A stretch of 64,000 bases of DNA from Flavobacteriales bacterium (GCA_965662265.1 CBFIGX010000007.1:34775-98774); one strand, 5' to 3'. Shown: positions 40,867 to 51,693, counted from the stretch's first letter. Translations and numbers: made by a program. The notes: a model not told the origin generated them from the letters alone.

Positions 40867-43800
40867 ATGGCTATGAGAAGAAAAGATAATACTCCGCAGC
40901 AAAAAAGCTTTTCTAATATTACAATTAGTTTAGCATCACCAGAATTTATTCTGGAAGAGTCTAGTGGTGAGGTCTTAAAACCCGAAACAATCAACTACCG
41001 TACTTATAAACCAGAACGTGACGGATTATTCTGTGAGCGTATTTTTGGACCGGTAAAAGATTATGAATGTCATTGTGGTAAATACAAACGTATCCGCTAT
41101 AGAGGTATTGTTTGTGACCGTTGTGGCGTTGAAGTAACTGAAAAGAAAGTTCGTAGAGAGCGCATGGGGCATATTAACCTTGTTGTTCCAGTAGCGCACA
41201 TTTGGTACTTCCGATCACTTCCTAATAAAATTGGTTATCTATTAGGTTTGCCTACTAAGAAACTAGATATGATTATCTACTACGAGCGCTATGTAGTTGT
41301 CCAAGCTGGTGGTGCAGTAGATAATGAAGGAACACCTCTAGAATATCTACAGTTTTTAACTGAAGAGGAATATCTAGACGCACTAGAACGTCTTCCTCGT
41401 GAGAATCAGTACTTAGAAGATAAAGATCCAAATAAATTCATTGCTAAGATGGGTGCAGAGGCTCTAGAAGCTTTATTGTCCAGATTAGATCTTGATGAAT
41501 TGTCTTATTCTCTCAGACACAAAGCAAATACCGAAACATCTCAACAAAGAAAAACGGAAGCGTTGAAACGTCTTCATGTTGTTGAGGCTTTCCGAGATGC
41601 CAATACACGAATTGAAAATAAGCCAGAGTGGATGGTTATGAAAGTTGTTCCTGTAATTCCGCCAGAATTAAGACCTCTTGTACCTCTTGATGGTGGTAGA
41701 TTTGCTACATCAGACCTTAACGATCTATACCGTCGTGTAATTATACGTAATAATCGACTAAAGAGACTTATTGAAATTAAAGCTCCAGAAGTAATTTTAC
41801 GTAATGAAAAACGTATGCTTCAAGAGTCCGTAGATTCTTTATTAGATAATACGCGTAAGGCATCAGCTGTAAAAACTGAATCTAATCGTGCACTTAAGTC
41901 GCTTTCAGATTCACTTAAAGGTAAACAAGGACGTTTCCGTCAAAACTTATTAGGAAAGCGTGTTGATTATTCTGCACGTTCCGTAATTGTTGTCGGACCT
42001 ACACTACAATTATCTGAATGTGGGATTCCTAAGAATATGGCAGCAGAACTTTACAAACCATTTATCGTTCGTAAATTAATTGAAAGAGGTATTGTGAAGA
42101 CTGTTAAGTCTGCAAAGAAAATTATAGACAAAAAAGATCCTGTAGTTTGGGATATCTTAGAGAATGTGATCAAAGGACATCCGGTACTTCTTAACCGTGC
42201 TCCAACGCTTCACAGACTTGGTATTCAGGCTTTTCAGCCTAAACTTATTGAAGGTAAAGCTATTCAGTTACATCCATTAGCTTGTACCGCTTTTAATGCT
42301 GATTTTGATGGTGACCAAATGGCGGTTCACTTACCTTTGAGTCCAGCAGCAATACTAGAAGCACAGTTATTAATGTTGGGATCTCATAATATCCTTAACC
42401 CTGCCAATGGTGCTCCTATTACAGTACCTTCTCAGGATATGGTTTTGGGTCTTTATTATATGACTAAGCCTCGTAAAACTGACAAGCAAAAAGTAATTAT
42501 TGGTCAAGGTTTAACTTTCTACTCTTCAGAAGAGGTGCGTATCGCATTTAATGAGAAGAAAGCTGAGCTTAATGCCGTCATCAAAGTCAGGACTTCTGTA
42601 AAAGAGGGCGATCAACTCGTTACCAAACTTATTGAAACTACCATTGGTAGAGTGTTGTTTAACGATGTGGTTCCTGAAACAGTAGGCTTTATAAATGAAA
42701 CTCTTACTAAAAAAGCTCTAAGAAATATTATTGGTAAAATTCTAAAGGAAACAGATATTCCAACTACTGCTAAGTTCTTAGACGACATGAAACTTTTGGG
42801 ATACAAGATGGCCTTTAAAGGCGGATTGTCATTCTCTTTAGGTGATATTATTGTGCCAGATCATAAAGATGTTATGATTGAAAGTGCGAAGGGGCAAGTA
42901 GCTTCGATTACTGACAGTTATAACATGGGTCTAATCACTAATAATGAACGTTACAACCAAGTAATTGATGTCTGGACCAAGACAAATTCTGAACTTACTG
43001 AGCACGCTATGAATCGTTTGATCAATGATCAACAAGGATTTAACTCTGTATACATGATGCTTGATTCTGGTGCTCGTGGTTCTAAAGAACAAATTCGTCA
43101 GTTGTCTGGTATGCGTGGTCTTATGGCCAAGCCTCAGAAATCTGCTTCTTCTGGTGGAGCAATTATCGAAAACCCGATTACCTCCAACTTTAAAGAAGGC
43201 CTTTCTATTCTTGAGTACTTCATTTCTACACACGGTGCTCGTAAAGGTCTTGCCGATACTGCCCTCAAAACCGCCGATGCCGGTTATCTAACACGTAGAC
43301 TAGTAGACGTAGCACAAGACGTGATTATATCTGAAGTTGACTGTGGTACTTTAAGAGGACTTCAAGGTGTTGCTTTAAAGAAGAACGAAGATATCGTTGA
43401 ATCTTTATCAGAACGTATTATCGGTAGAACTTCACTTCATGACGTGATACACCCATTAACAGGTAGCTTAATTGTTGCTTCTGGTGAAGAGATTACTGAG
43501 TTGATAGCTGCAGAAATTGAAGAGTCTCCTATCGAGATGGTAGAGATTCGATCAGCATTAACATGTGAAACAAAGAGAGGTATCTGTTCTAAGTGTTATG
43601 GGCGTAACCTTGCTACAAACCGCATGGCTGGAGAAGGTGAAGCTGTAGGTGTAGTTGCTGCTCAATCTATTGGTGAGCCTGGTACACAGTTAACTCTTCG
43701 TACTTTCCACGTTGGAGGTACTGCATCTAATACTGCTGAAGAATCAAGATTAACAGCCAAGTTTGATGGTATCCTTGAAATAGAGGAACTAAGAACTGTT

Positions 43801-45201
43801 ACTGGCCCAGATGCAGAAGGAAAAGATTCTATTATTGTTATTGGTCGTACTGCAGAAATGAAATTGATTGATGCCAAAACTGGAATTACTCTCGCCACAA
43901 ATAATATTCCGTACGGAGCAACTATGTTTGCTAAGCATGGTGATAAGTTAAAGAAAGGCGATGCAATCTGTGAATGGGATCCATACAATGCAGTAATTTT
44001 ATCTGAAACTACTGGTAAAGTTGAATTTGAAAATCTTATCCAAGGAGTTACTTATCGTGTAGAAATTGATGAACAAACAGGTTTCCAAGAAAAAGTAATT
44101 TCGGAAACTAGAGATAAGAAGATGATTCCTACTATTCTTGTAAAAATTGGCGGTAAAAAAGGTGATGTAAAGACATACAATCTTCCTGTAGGTGCTCATA
44201 TTGTAGTTGAAGAAGGAGATAAATTACATCCAGGTACAATTTTAGCCAAACTCCCACGTAAGACAGCTAAGTCTGGCGATATTACGGGTGGTCTTCCAAG
44301 AGTAACAGAACTATTTGAGGCACGTAACCCATCCAATCCTGCTGTAGTAGCTGCAATTGATGGTATCGTCTCTTATGGCAAAATTAAACGTGGTAACCGC
44401 GAAGTAATTATTACGTCTAGAACTGGTGAGGTAAAGAAATATCTGGTATCGTTATCAAAGCAAATTTTAGTTCAAGAGAACGATTTCGTAAAAGCTGGTA
44501 CTTCTCTTTCTGACGGTGCAATTACTCCAAAAACAATCCTTGCAATTAAAGGACCTACAGCTGTACAGCAATATTTGGTAAATGAAATGCAAGAAGTTTA
44601 TCGCCTTCAAGGTGTGAAAATTAACGATAAACACTTCGAAGTTGTTGTTCGTCAGATGATGCGTAAAGTTCAGATTAATGATGCTGGAGATACTCGTTTC
44701 TTAGAGAATAATCTAGTTCATAAGAATGACTTTGTTGAAGAAAATGATTGGATTTTCGGTAAAATGTACATTTTAGAAGCAGGAGATTCAGAAAACTTAA
44801 AACCTGGACAAATAGTTCCTGTACGCAAGTTAAGGGATGAAAATTCTATGCTTAAACGTAAGGATATGAAGCTTGTAGAGGCGCGAGAAGCTATACCGGC
44901 AACATCTACTTCTGTTCTTCAAGGTATAACAAGAGCCTCTCTTCAAACGAAGAGCTTCTTATCTGCTGCATCTTTCCAGGAAACAACTAAAGTTCTTAAT
45001 GAAGCTGCTGTAAATGGTAAAGTAGATACATTAGATGGATTAAAGGAAAATGTTATAGTTGGTCATAAGATACCTGCTGGTACTGGACTTAAGAAGTACA
45101 ATAAACTTGTTGTAGGTAGTAAAATTCAGCTTGAAAGTATGTTAGCTGCAAAAGCTGCAACTGAAGTTTCTGTTGACGAACCTGTTACTACTGAAAAATA
45201 A
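40867..45201 (+). CDS. rpoC: DNA-directed RNA polymerase subunit beta'
   Basis: 1444 aa with Zn-finger [20 protein letters not shown] and catalytic NADFDGDQM. Confidence 0.98.
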   Translation: MAMRRKDNTPQQKSFSNITISLASPEFILEESSGEVLKPETINYRTYKPERDGLFCERIFGPVKDYECHCGKYKRIRYRGIVCDRCGVEVTEKKVRRERMGHINLVVPVAHIWYFRSLPNKIGYLLGLPTKKLDMIIYYERYVVVQAGGAVDNEGTPLEYLQFLTEEEYLDALERLPRENQYLEDKDPNKFIAKMGAEALEALLSRLDLDELSYSLRHKANTETSQQRKTEALKRLHVVEAFRDANTRIENKPEWMVMKVVPVIPPELRPLVPLDGGRFATSDLNDLYRRVIIRNNRLKRLIEIKAPEVILRNEKRMLQESVDSLLDNTRKASAVKTESNRALKSLSDSLKGKQGRFRQNLLGKRVDYSARSVIVVGPTLQLSECGIPKNMAAELYKPFIVRKLIERGIVKTVKSAKKIIDKKDPVVWDILENVIKGHPVLLNRAPTLHRLGIQAFQPKLIEGKAIQLHPLACTAFNADFDGDQMAVHLPLSPAAILEAQLLMLGSHNILNPANGAPITVPSQDMVLGLYYMTKPRKTDKQKVIIGQGLTFYSSEEVRIAFNEKKAELNAVIKVRTSVKEGDQLVTKLIETTIGRVLFNDVVPETVGFINETLTKKALRNIIGKILKETDIPTTAKFLDDMKLLGYKMAFKGGLSFSLGDIIVPDHKDVMIESAKGQVASITDSYNMGLITNNERYNQVIDVWTKTNSELTEHAMNRLINDQQGFNSVYMMLDSGARGSKEQIRQLSGMRGLMAKPQKSASSGGAIIENPITSNFKEGLSILEYFISTHGARKGLADTALKTADAGYLTRRLVDVAQDVIISEVDCGTLRGLQGVALKKNEDIVESLSERIIGRTSLHDVIHPLTGSLIVASGEEITELIAAEIEESPIEMVEIRSALTCETKRGICSKCYGRNLATNRMAGEGEAVGVVAAQSIGEPGTQLTLRTFHVGGTASNTAEESRLTAKFDGILEIEELRTVTGPDAEGKDSIIVIGRTAEMKLIDAKTGITLATNNIPYGATMFAKHGDKLKKGDAICEWDPYNAVILSETTGKVEFENLIQGVTYRVEIDEQTGFQEKVISETRDKKMIPTILVKIGGKKGDVKTYNLPVGAHIVVEEGDKLHPGTILAKLPRKTAKSGDITGGLPRVTELFEARNPSNPAVVAAIDGIVSYGKIKRGNREVIITSRTGEVKKYLVSLSKQILVQENDFVKAGTSLSDGAITPKTILAIKGPTAVQQYLVNEMQEVYRLQGVKINDKHFEVVVRQMMRKVQINDAGDTRFLENNLVHKNDFVEENDWIFGKMYILEAGDSENLKPGQIVPVRKLRDENSMLKRKDMKLVEAREAIPATSTSVLQGITRASLQTKSFLSAASFQETTKVLNEAAVNGKVDTLDGLKENVIVGHKIPAGTGLKKYNKLVVGSKIQLESMLAAKAATEVSVDEPVTTEK

Positions 45202-45202
45202 A

Positions 45203-45517
45203 ATGGCTGATAATAAAGAAAATAAACAAGTAAGCATTGAGCTTAACGAAGAGATTGCCCCAGGTGTATATTCCAACCTGGCTATTGTAAATCATTCTCC
45301 AACAGAATTTGTTGTTGACTTTATTTCCATGATGCCAGGAATGCCAAAAGCAAAGGTCAAATCAAGAGTTATTTTAACGCCTCAGCATGCTAAGAGACTG
45401 CTAGGTGCTTTAGCCGAAAACGTAAAAAAGTATGAATCGCAGTTTGGGGCTATTAAAGATGCCGGTAAGCAGCAACAAGTACCTTTAACATTCGGAGGCC
45501 CAAAGGCCGAAGCATAA
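45203..45517 (+). CDS. DUF3467 family protein (104 aa)
   Basis: GVYSNLAIVNHSPTEFVVDFISMMPGMPKAKVKSRVILTPQHAKRLLGAL matches my recollection of DUF3467. The ATG lies 1 nt after the rpoC TAA. Confidence 0.82.
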   Translation: MADNKENKQVSIELNEEIAPGVYSNLAIVNHSPTEFVVDFISMMPGMPKAKVKSRVILTPQHAKRLLGALAENVKKYESQFGAIKDAGKQQQVPLTFGGPKAEA

Positions 45518-45523
45518 AGAATT

Positions 45524-45547
45524 AAAGCCCCTTACGGGGCTTTTTTT
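45524..45547. terminator. Bidirectional terminator closing the rpoBC-DUF3467 unit and the convergent 45546-46343 gene
   Basis: AAA, the GCCCC-ttac-GGGGC hairpin, then T7. The stop codon of the minus-strand gene lies in the T-tract. Confidence 0.7.
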
Positions 45548-46343
45548 ATGCTTCTTTGATAAACTTATGGTTTAAATAGTCCGGAAGAAATTGTTGACGT
45601 GAACCAAACCAAGAGAAAAGCTCTCCATCAACGATCATTATTTTTGAATCTGGGAAAATACTCTGAAATTCAGCTTTATGCTTTTCTTTAAACAAATAAG
45701 GCTCTGTAGCTAAAAATACATATTCCGGATTGAAATCTTTGAGCTGTTTAATAGTTTGACTTGGATAGCGAGATACTTTCATTAAATTAATAAAACCAGA
45801 CTTTTCTAAACAACTGTTAATAAAACATTCATTACCTGCCAACATATAGGGCTTTCTCCAAATGAAATACAAACACGTTTCTCTTTTATTTCTAACTAGT
45901 GTATTCCATGCTGTTCTGATTTTATGTACTAAGTCGCTCGCTTTTTTTTTACAATTAAAAAGTATACCAAAATCGGTAATAAGCACCTCATTATCGGGGT
46001 AAGTGATTACATCGCTTACCCAAACAGGAATACCATTATTTTTAAAGTATTCGATGTGGTTTTGGCAATTTTCTTCCTTATTAGCAACTATTAAGTCAGG
46101 TTTCATGTCAAGTATTTTTTTGATATTAGGTGTTTTTGTACCTCCTATCTTTTCAATAACTTCAATAAATTTATTGGGATGAATGCAATAATTTGTAATT
46201 CCTACTAGTTGATTTGTTATACCTAAATCAATTAATAATTCAGTTTGAGATGGTACTAGAGAAACTATTCTCTTAAAGTGTTTGATTTGAATCTTCTCAT
46301 CTAAGTGGTCTTTATAATACATTTGTGTTTTGGAGGCTTTCAC
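45546..46343 (-). CDS. Periplasmic-binding-protein fold, BtuF/TroA-like (cobalamin or Fe-siderophore binding family) without obvious signal peptide
   Basis: RIVSLVPSQTELLIDLGITNQLVGITNYC and KPDLIVANKEEN are typical of the ABC substrate-binding type 8 (helical backbone) fold; 265 aa. Confidence 0.78.
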   Translation of the reverse strand: MKASKTQMYYKDHLDEKIQIKHFKRIVSLVPSQTELLIDLGITNQLVGITNYCIHPNKFIEVIEKIGGTKTPNIKKILDMKPDLIVANKEENCQNHIEYFKNNGIPVWVSDVITYPDNEVLITDFGILFNCKKKASDLVHKIRTAWNTLVRNKRETCLYFIWRKPYMLAGNECFINSCLEKSGFINLMKVSRYPSQTIKQLKDFNPEYVFLATEPYLFKEKHKAEFQSIFPDSKIMIVDGELFSWFGSRQQFLPDYLNHKFIKEA

Positions 46344-46431
46344 TTCAATATTAGCTTTATTGGAGTACTAAGATAACCGCTCTCTTTGATATCTTCTATA
46401 TTCTTGCTAATATTGTTCTAAACTTGATGAT

Positions 46432-48063
46432 ATGAAACCACATTTATTATTCCTATTTACATTAACCGCAATTTTTAACTACTCTGTCTATGCACAGTGT
46501 GGGGAATCTGGGGTTGATAATTTTGTTATTAATCAAGATCAACTTAATACTTTTTCTGGCTGTGAGGTAATCAATGGAAACTTGATTTTAAGCTCATCAT
46601 CATTAAACGATTTAAGCGCACTTTCAGATTTAGTAGTACTTAATGGTAGTTTATATATTCTAAATACCAATATCACAGATTTGAGCCCACTTTCAAATCT
46701 TAATAATGCAGTTCAAATTCAAATTCAAGGTAATATAAATTTGGTTTCATGTTGTGAAATTCTTCAGTTTAATGAATTAACTCAATTGGGAACAGTAATG
46801 AATCTAACCTATACGAATAATGGCCAATTGTGTTCAGACATTAACCCTATTATGATGGACTGCTGGGGGTATATAGAGGGATGTACAGATGAGACAGCCT
46901 TAAACTATAACAATCAAGCTACGCAGGATGATGGATCATGTGATTATTTTTGCCCTGAATCTGCAAATGATATTATTGATTACTCATGTCATGGAGAAGC
47001 TTATCCTGAATCGGATTGCTCTATTGAAATTATTAACAAGCCTAGTGAAGGGGCAGGTCATTTTGATAATCCTATAGGTTTGTGTTATGATGAAAATCCG
47101 CCTTCTAGTGGGCCTCACAGACCTATGTGGGGGCGATGGGGAGAGTATCAATATATGCCTCCGCAAAGGTATATTCATAACCTAGAGCATGGTGGTGTAG
47201 TATTATTATATCACCCCTGTGTTGAATCCTCTATTATTGATTCTTTAAGAACAATAGCTTGCTCGATAGCTGATGATGATGGTGGCCCTTTTAGATGGAT
47301 TTTGACACCATTTGCTGACTTGTCTTCAAATATTGCTATTGTTGCTTGGGAATGGTCTTACGCATCAAATTGTTTTGATGCACCAAGTATCAATCAGTTT
47401 ATTACTGAACATTACAGAAACGCACCAGAGGACTTTTACTACAATGGATCATACGACACGCTTTACACAGGTAAATGTGAAAGTTACGGTTGTACAGACC
47501 CAATTGCTTTGAATTATAACTCTTTGGCAAGCATAGATAATGGGCAATGTGAATATCCAATTCTAGATACACAAATAGTTAGTTTTGCTCAAGGATGGAA
47601 TATGTTTTCAACTTACATAGACCCTTTAAACGATTCGATGCTTCAAATTTTTGACCCTATTATTAATTCTACAACAATAGTAAAAAATAATAATGGTGAA
47701 GCTATGCTACCTCAATGGGATATCGATATAATACATCAAAAAGGTCAAGGTTACCTGTCAAAGCAAACAAGTGAACAAGACCTGACAATAACAGGATTAC
47801 AAATGTTGCCAGAACAAACGCCTATTATATTGTCTCAAGGTTGGAACATGATTGCCTATCTGAGAGTCGCCTCTGCAGATATGAATCTAGTAATGGAAGA
47901 TATTGAGAGTAATATTATTATTGTCAAAGATGAGTTAGGGAATGTATATTATCCAGAATGGGGCTTTAATAATATTGGACTTATGTACCCTGGAGAAGGA
48001 TACCACATTAAAATGTCTAATGCTGATGTACTTCAGTATCTAAGTAATGAAGATACATATTAG
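46432..48063 (+). CDS. Secreted mosaic protein containing a DUF3105-like core
   Basis: Signal peptide MKPHLLFLFTLTAIFNYSVYAQ. DUF3105-like NPPSSGPHRPMWGRWGEYQYMPPQRYIHNLEHGGVVLLYHPC. The core is flanked by two GCTD..ALNYN......G.C.Y motifs, and there is an internal C-terminal repeat. Confidence 0.8.
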   Translation: MKPHLLFLFTLTAIFNYSVYAQCGESGVDNFVINQDQLNTFSGCEVINGNLILSSSSLNDLSALSDLVVLNGSLYILNTNITDLSPLSNLNNAVQIQIQGNINLVSCCEILQFNELTQLGTVMNLTYTNNGQLCSDINPIMMDCWGYIEGCTDETALNYNNQATQDDGSCDYFCPESANDIIDYSCHGEAYPESDCSIEIINKPSEGAGHFDNPIGLCYDENPPSSGPHRPMWGRWGEYQYMPPQRYIHNLEHGGVVLLYHPCVESSIIDSLRTIACSIADDDGGPFRWILTPFADLSSNIAIVAWEWSYASNCFDAPSINQFITEHYRNAPEDFYYNGSYDTLYTGKCESYGCTDPIALNYNSLASIDNGQCEYPILDTQIVSFAQGWNMFSTYIDPLNDSMLQIFDPIINSTTIVKNNNGEAMLPQWDIDIIHQKGQGYLSKQTSEQDLTITGLQMLPEQTPIILSQGWNMIAYLRVASADMNLVMEDIESNIIIVKDELGNVYYPEWGFNNIGLMYPGEGYHIKMSNADVLQYLSNEDTY

Positions 48064-48070
48064 TGAAGAA

Positions 48071-48709
48071 TTAGAGTTGTGAAATTTTAAGTAGTGTTTG
48101 TTCATCAATAGTGTGTCCACCGCTATATATTATCCATTGCGCATTAAAGTTAACAAGCTCTTTTTTATATTTTTCAATAGATTCTCGATTGTAAAACTCG
48201 TCTTCATGACCAAAAACTATAAAATTTTGGGTATTAGGATGTACATTTTGGTAGCCTTTGATTGTGAAATCGTTGGCAAGTTTACCTCCCCAGATAAAAA
48301 AGCTTTTTACAGAAATTTTAGTTCTTAACAACCATCTAGAAGTTGTTGCCGATCCTTGCGAAAAACCTAATACTTTTACTTGGCAGTAAGGTGCAGCTTG
48401 TTTAAGTATTTTATGTGTTAAGGTTTCAAGAAAATTACAATAGTCTGTAATTTCATCTTCTCTTTGGTGTTTAGTCATCCAACTGGAACCTACTCGTCCA
48501 TCAAAACCTTTTAAATAAAATTTATTAAAACCTTCCGGTGCAACAATGTATCGATGTTTGGCATCTAATGCCTTAAACTTTTTGATGAAGAATTCTGCTA
48601 GCTGTCCATATCCATGGCACACCACCCAAATTTCTTGAGTTTGTACATCAAGTTTCCCTAGGCTATGGTAATGTGCTGTTCTTTCAACTTTAATCTTGTG
48701 CTGCTGCAT
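48071..48709 (-). CDS. Alpha/beta hydrolase (esterase/carboxylesterase-like)
   Basis: WVVCHGYGQ and nucleophile elbow GFSQGS; 212 aa. Confidence 0.82.
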   Translation of the reverse strand: MQQHKIKVERTAHYHSLGKLDVQTQEIWVVCHGYGQLAEFFIKKFKALDAKHRYIVAPEGFNKFYLKGFDGRVGSSWMTKHQREDEITDYCNFLETLTHKILKQAAPYCQVKVLGFSQGSATTSRWLLRTKISVKSFFIWGGKLANDFTIKGYQNVHPNTQNFIVFGHEDEFYNRESIEKYKKELVNFNAQWIIYSGGHTIDEQTLLKISQL

Positions 48710-49169
48710 CGTTTTTTAGTTTTAACACATCAGCTACCATGTCGTTATCTATAGTCATAGATAGTTGATAATGTTGAAGCTTCCATTCATTATCTATAAA
48801 TTGTAAAATACCTGTTGCTCTGCAATCTCCCATCCAAGTATCTAACACTTCGTCAAACCAAGCTATGTTAGTTGCAGAATCAATCCTTATGGTTCTTTCT
48901 TTAGCCAAAAATGACCAAGCATTGCCACTTTCAAAATAGGGTTTAGAAAATTCTGAAAATTCACTTTTTGTCCATCGCTCAGTTACATCTGTTCCAATAA
49001 AAACACCACTATCAGCAATAAAGTTGAAATAATCCTCAAAGTTAGCTTCTGAAGCGTTCAGGTGCCACTGATTTATAAGTACGTGAAGTTGTTTTGTATC
49101 AGCCCTATAACTATCAGAAGTTGCACAAGAAGCTATACATAGGATACCTACAATTAATAATTTTCTCAT
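48690..49169 (-). CDS. NTF2-like (SnoaL/DUF4440-type) lipoprotein
   Basis: Lipobox MRKLLIVGILCIASC. The pattern WH.NASEANFEDYF...GTD..ERW...AWF.E.L matches my recollection of NTF2-fold proteins. ATG 49169 forms an ATGA overlap with the nth stop, and the 3' end overlaps the next gene by 20 nt. Confidence 0.68.
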   Translation of the reverse strand: MRKLLIVGILCIASCATSDSYRADTKQLHVLINQWHLNASEANFEDYFNFIADSGVFIGTDVTERWTKSEFSEFSKPYFESGNAWSFLAKERTIRIDSATNIAWFDEVLDTWMGDCRATGILQFIDNEWKLQHYQLSMTIDNDMVADVLKLKNDAAAQD

Positions 49170-49804
49170 TTGAAAAGTGTTTTTCGTCCATATTTGGAGC
49201 AAATTGGACAGTTAAGAGGTATGTGGCCTCTTGCAGGACAATACTCTCTTCCAAAAAAGATAATTTGTAAATGAAGCTTATTCCAACTATCTCTTGGAAA
49301 TAACCGCTTTAAGTCTTTTTCAGTTTGTTCTACATTTTTTCCTGAAGATAATTTCCATCGATATGCTAATCTGTGAATATGAGTGTCAACAGGAAAAGCA
49401 GGTACCCCAAACGCTTGGGCCATAACAACAGACGCTGTTTTATGCCCAACTCCAGGGAGTTCTTCTAAGTGTTCAAAACTTTGAGGGACCATACCTTGAT
49501 GTTTGTTAATCAGAATATTTGAAAGTTCGTGTATGGCCTTAGATTTACGAGGTGACAAGCCACATGGTCTAATAATCTGCCGTATTTCTTCAATCTCAAG
49601 CTTAACCATGTCTATAGGGTTGTCGGCTTTAGCAAAAAGATGTGGAGTTACTGTATTTACTCTTGCATCTGTACATTGAGCAGAAAGTAGCACTGCTATT
49701 AAAAGCGTATATGGATCTGTATGATCCAGAGGTACTGGAGTCTCCGGATAGAGGTCTGTTAAAATAGAATGAATAACACTAGCTTGTTGTTGTTTTGTTG
49801 CCAT
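49166..49804 (-). CDS. nth: Endonuclease III
   Basis: HhH-GPD region LPGVGHKTASVVM...DTHIHR and a C-terminal Cys cluster (CPARGHIPLNCPIC). Confidence 0.94.
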   Translation of the reverse strand: MATKQQQASVIHSILTDLYPETPVPLDHTDPYTLLIAVLLSAQCTDARVNTVTPHLFAKADNPIDMVKLEIEEIRQIIRPCGLSPRKSKAIHELSNILINKHQGMVPQSFEHLEELPGVGHKTASVVMAQAFGVPAFPVDTHIHRLAYRWKLSSGKNVEQTEKDLKRLFPRDSWNKLHLQIIFFGREYCPARGHIPLNCPICSKYGRKTLFK

Positions 49805-49847
49805 AAAATAATATTACAAAAAAGCTCCTCACTCGAGCTCTAATGTG

Positions 49848-51044
49848 TTAAATTCTTCCTGGATATACTTTTAGTGCCTCGTTCAATATTATTACAGCAT
49901 CATTAAGCTCCTTACCATTTAAAACATAGGCAATTCGTATTTGCTGATTTCCAATTACTGGGCTAGAGTAGAAGCCTGCGGCAGGAGCAACCATCACGGT
50001 CTTGTTATTCCAGTTAAATTCTTCTAGTAACCACCTTGCAAAGGTGTCAGCGTCATCTATTGGAAGTTGAGCAATACAGTAAAATGCACCAGAAGGTTTA
50101 GGGCATATAACACCTTCAATGCTATTTAACCCATCTATTAAAAGATCTCTACGACTCACATATTCTTCAATTACTTCATGGAAATAAGAGTCTGGAGTAT
50201 CTAAGGCAGCTTCACCTGCTATTTGTCCAAATGTAGGTGGACTTAATCTTGCTTGTCCAAATTTGAGTGCTGTTGTAATTAGGGCATCATTTCTAGAAAC
50301 TAAACAACCTATTCTCGCTCCACACATGCTGTAGCGTTTAGATACAGAGTCGATAACAATAGCATTCTTTTCTATTCCATCAAGTTGTAAAATGGAGATG
50401 TGTTTTTTCCCATCATAAGCAAACTCTCTGTAAACCTCATCAGCAATCAAGAATAGGTCGTGTTTTATCACAATATCTTTGAGTGCGTGGAGTTCGTCTT
50501 CAGAATACAAATATCCTGTTGGGTTACCCGGATTACATATTAATATTGCTTTCGTTTTTTTTGTGATAAGTGCTTCAAATTCAGATATTGAAGGTAGAGC
50601 AAAACCAGATTCTATACTCGAGGTAATTGGCTTTACTGTTACACCTGCTGATGTAGAGAATCCGTTGTAATTTGCATAAAATGGTTCAGGAATAATAATC
50701 TCATCACCCAAGTCCATAATACTATTTAAAGCCATAGTAATTGCTTCCGACCCTCCTGTAGTAACAAGAATATTAGAAGAGGCAACATTAACACCTACTT
50801 TTTGATAGTATTTAGCTAAGCCTTTTCTGTAGGATTCGAATCCTCCAGAATGGCTGTAGGCAACTACCTTAGGTTCAAAATTTCGAATAGCATCAAGAGC
50901 TACATCTGGTGTTTGGATATCTGGCTGACCAATGTTGAGGTGGATAACTTTAGTACCTCTTTTTTTTGCATCTTCTGCAAAAGGAACCAATTTACGAATT
51001 GGTGATTCTGGCATTTTTTGCCCTTTAGCTGAAATATTTGGCAT
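49848..51044 (-). CDS. Pyridoxal-phosphate-dependent aminotransferase, class I (aspartate aminotransferase-like)
   Basis: MPESPIRKL, HLNIGQPD, NPGNPTG and the PLP-lysine region SVSKRYSMCGARIG. Confidence 0.92.
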   Translation of the reverse strand: MPNISAKGQKMPESPIRKLVPFAEDAKKRGTKVIHLNIGQPDIQTPDVALDAIRNFEPKVVAYSHSGGFESYRKGLAKYYQKVGVNVASSNILVTTGGSEAITMALNSIMDLGDEIIIPEPFYANYNGFSTSAGVTVKPITSSIESGFALPSISEFEALITKKTKAILICNPGNPTGYLYSEDELHALKDIVIKHDLFLIADEVYREFAYDGKKHISILQLDGIEKNAIVIDSVSKRYSMCGARIGCLVSRNDALITTALKFGQARLSPPTFGQIAGEAALDTPDSYFHEVIEEYVSRRDLLIDGLNSIEGVICPKPSGAFYCIAQLPIDDADTFARWLLEEFNWNNKTVMVAPAAGFYSSPVIGNQQIRIAYVLNGKELNDAVIILNEALKVYPGRI

Positions 51045-51065
51045 GGCTTCTTTTAGCTATTAATC

Positions 51066-51097
51066 AAAAAAAAATGTCCCGCATTTTAAGCGAGACA
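51066..51097 (-). terminator. Rho-independent terminator (minus strand) after the DUF1573 gene
   Basis: On the minus strand, the TGTCTCGC-ttaaaat-GCGGGACA stem (one G.U pair) is followed by T9. It ends 21 nt before the aminotransferase ATG. Confidence 0.7.
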
Positions 51098-51127
51098 AAT
51101 TTCAACTATTTTCATGAAAAAACCGAG

Positions 51128-51565
51128 TTATTTTTTTGGTTTTGCTACTGGTGAAGCATTAGAAGGTTTTTTCACTGGAGTGGTTTGACCACCATCTACG
51201 GCTAAAGTTTTTCCTTTAATTCGAATCACTTTGGTAGGGTCTGTTTTGGCATTTGAAGTAATTGTAATACTCTTATTAAAAGCACCAATTCTCTTTGTAT
51301 CGTATTTTACTTTGATTACGTTGCTTGCACCAGGAGCAATAGGTTCTTTAGGCCATACAGGAACGGTACATCCACAACTACCTTTAGAATTCGAAATAAT
51401 TAATGGCGCACTTCCTGTATTTGTGAACTTGAATTGGTATTCTCCATTACCGTGTTGGTCAAAGGTTCCGAAATCATGAATGTCTTTTTCAAAGGTTATT
51501 TCTTGTGCTTGTACTTGTAGAGCACTAGTTAAGACGAACACACATGCTAAGATTAATTTTTTCAT
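51128..51565 (-). CDS. DUF1573 domain-containing secreted protein
   Basis: Signal peptide MKKLILACVFVLTSALQVQAQ and the characteristic FKFTNTGSAPLIISNSKGSCGCTVP.WPKEPIAPG string. Confidence 0.85.
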   Translation of the reverse strand: MKKLILACVFVLTSALQVQAQEITFEKDIHDFGTFDQHGNGEYQFKFTNTGSAPLIISNSKGSCGCTVPVWPKEPIAPGASNVIKVKYDTKRIGAFNKSITITSNAKTDPTKVIRIKGKTLAVDGGQTTPVKKPSNASPVAKPKK

Positions 51566-51643
51566 TTTGTATGGTTTTAATATAGGTTTATCGATGAATT
51601 ACTCATACAAATCTAAAAGAAAGTCCTAAAATGCCAAAGAATA

Positions 51644-51668
51644 AGACTCTGTATATTGTTAAGAGTCT
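51644..51668 (-). terminator. Weak terminator-like hairpin downstream of the methyltransferase gene
   Basis: AGACTCT/AGAGTCT 7-bp stem with an 11-nt loop. The downstream tract is only moderately T-rich. Confidence 0.3.
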
Positions 51669-51693
51669 GTTAACGTTTCATAGTCATCTTATA

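Noticed and set aside
46344-46431. Possible cobalamin riboswitch upstream of the BtuF-like gene
   Set aside because: The spacer is only 88 nt and shows no B12-box-like sequence or extended pairing.
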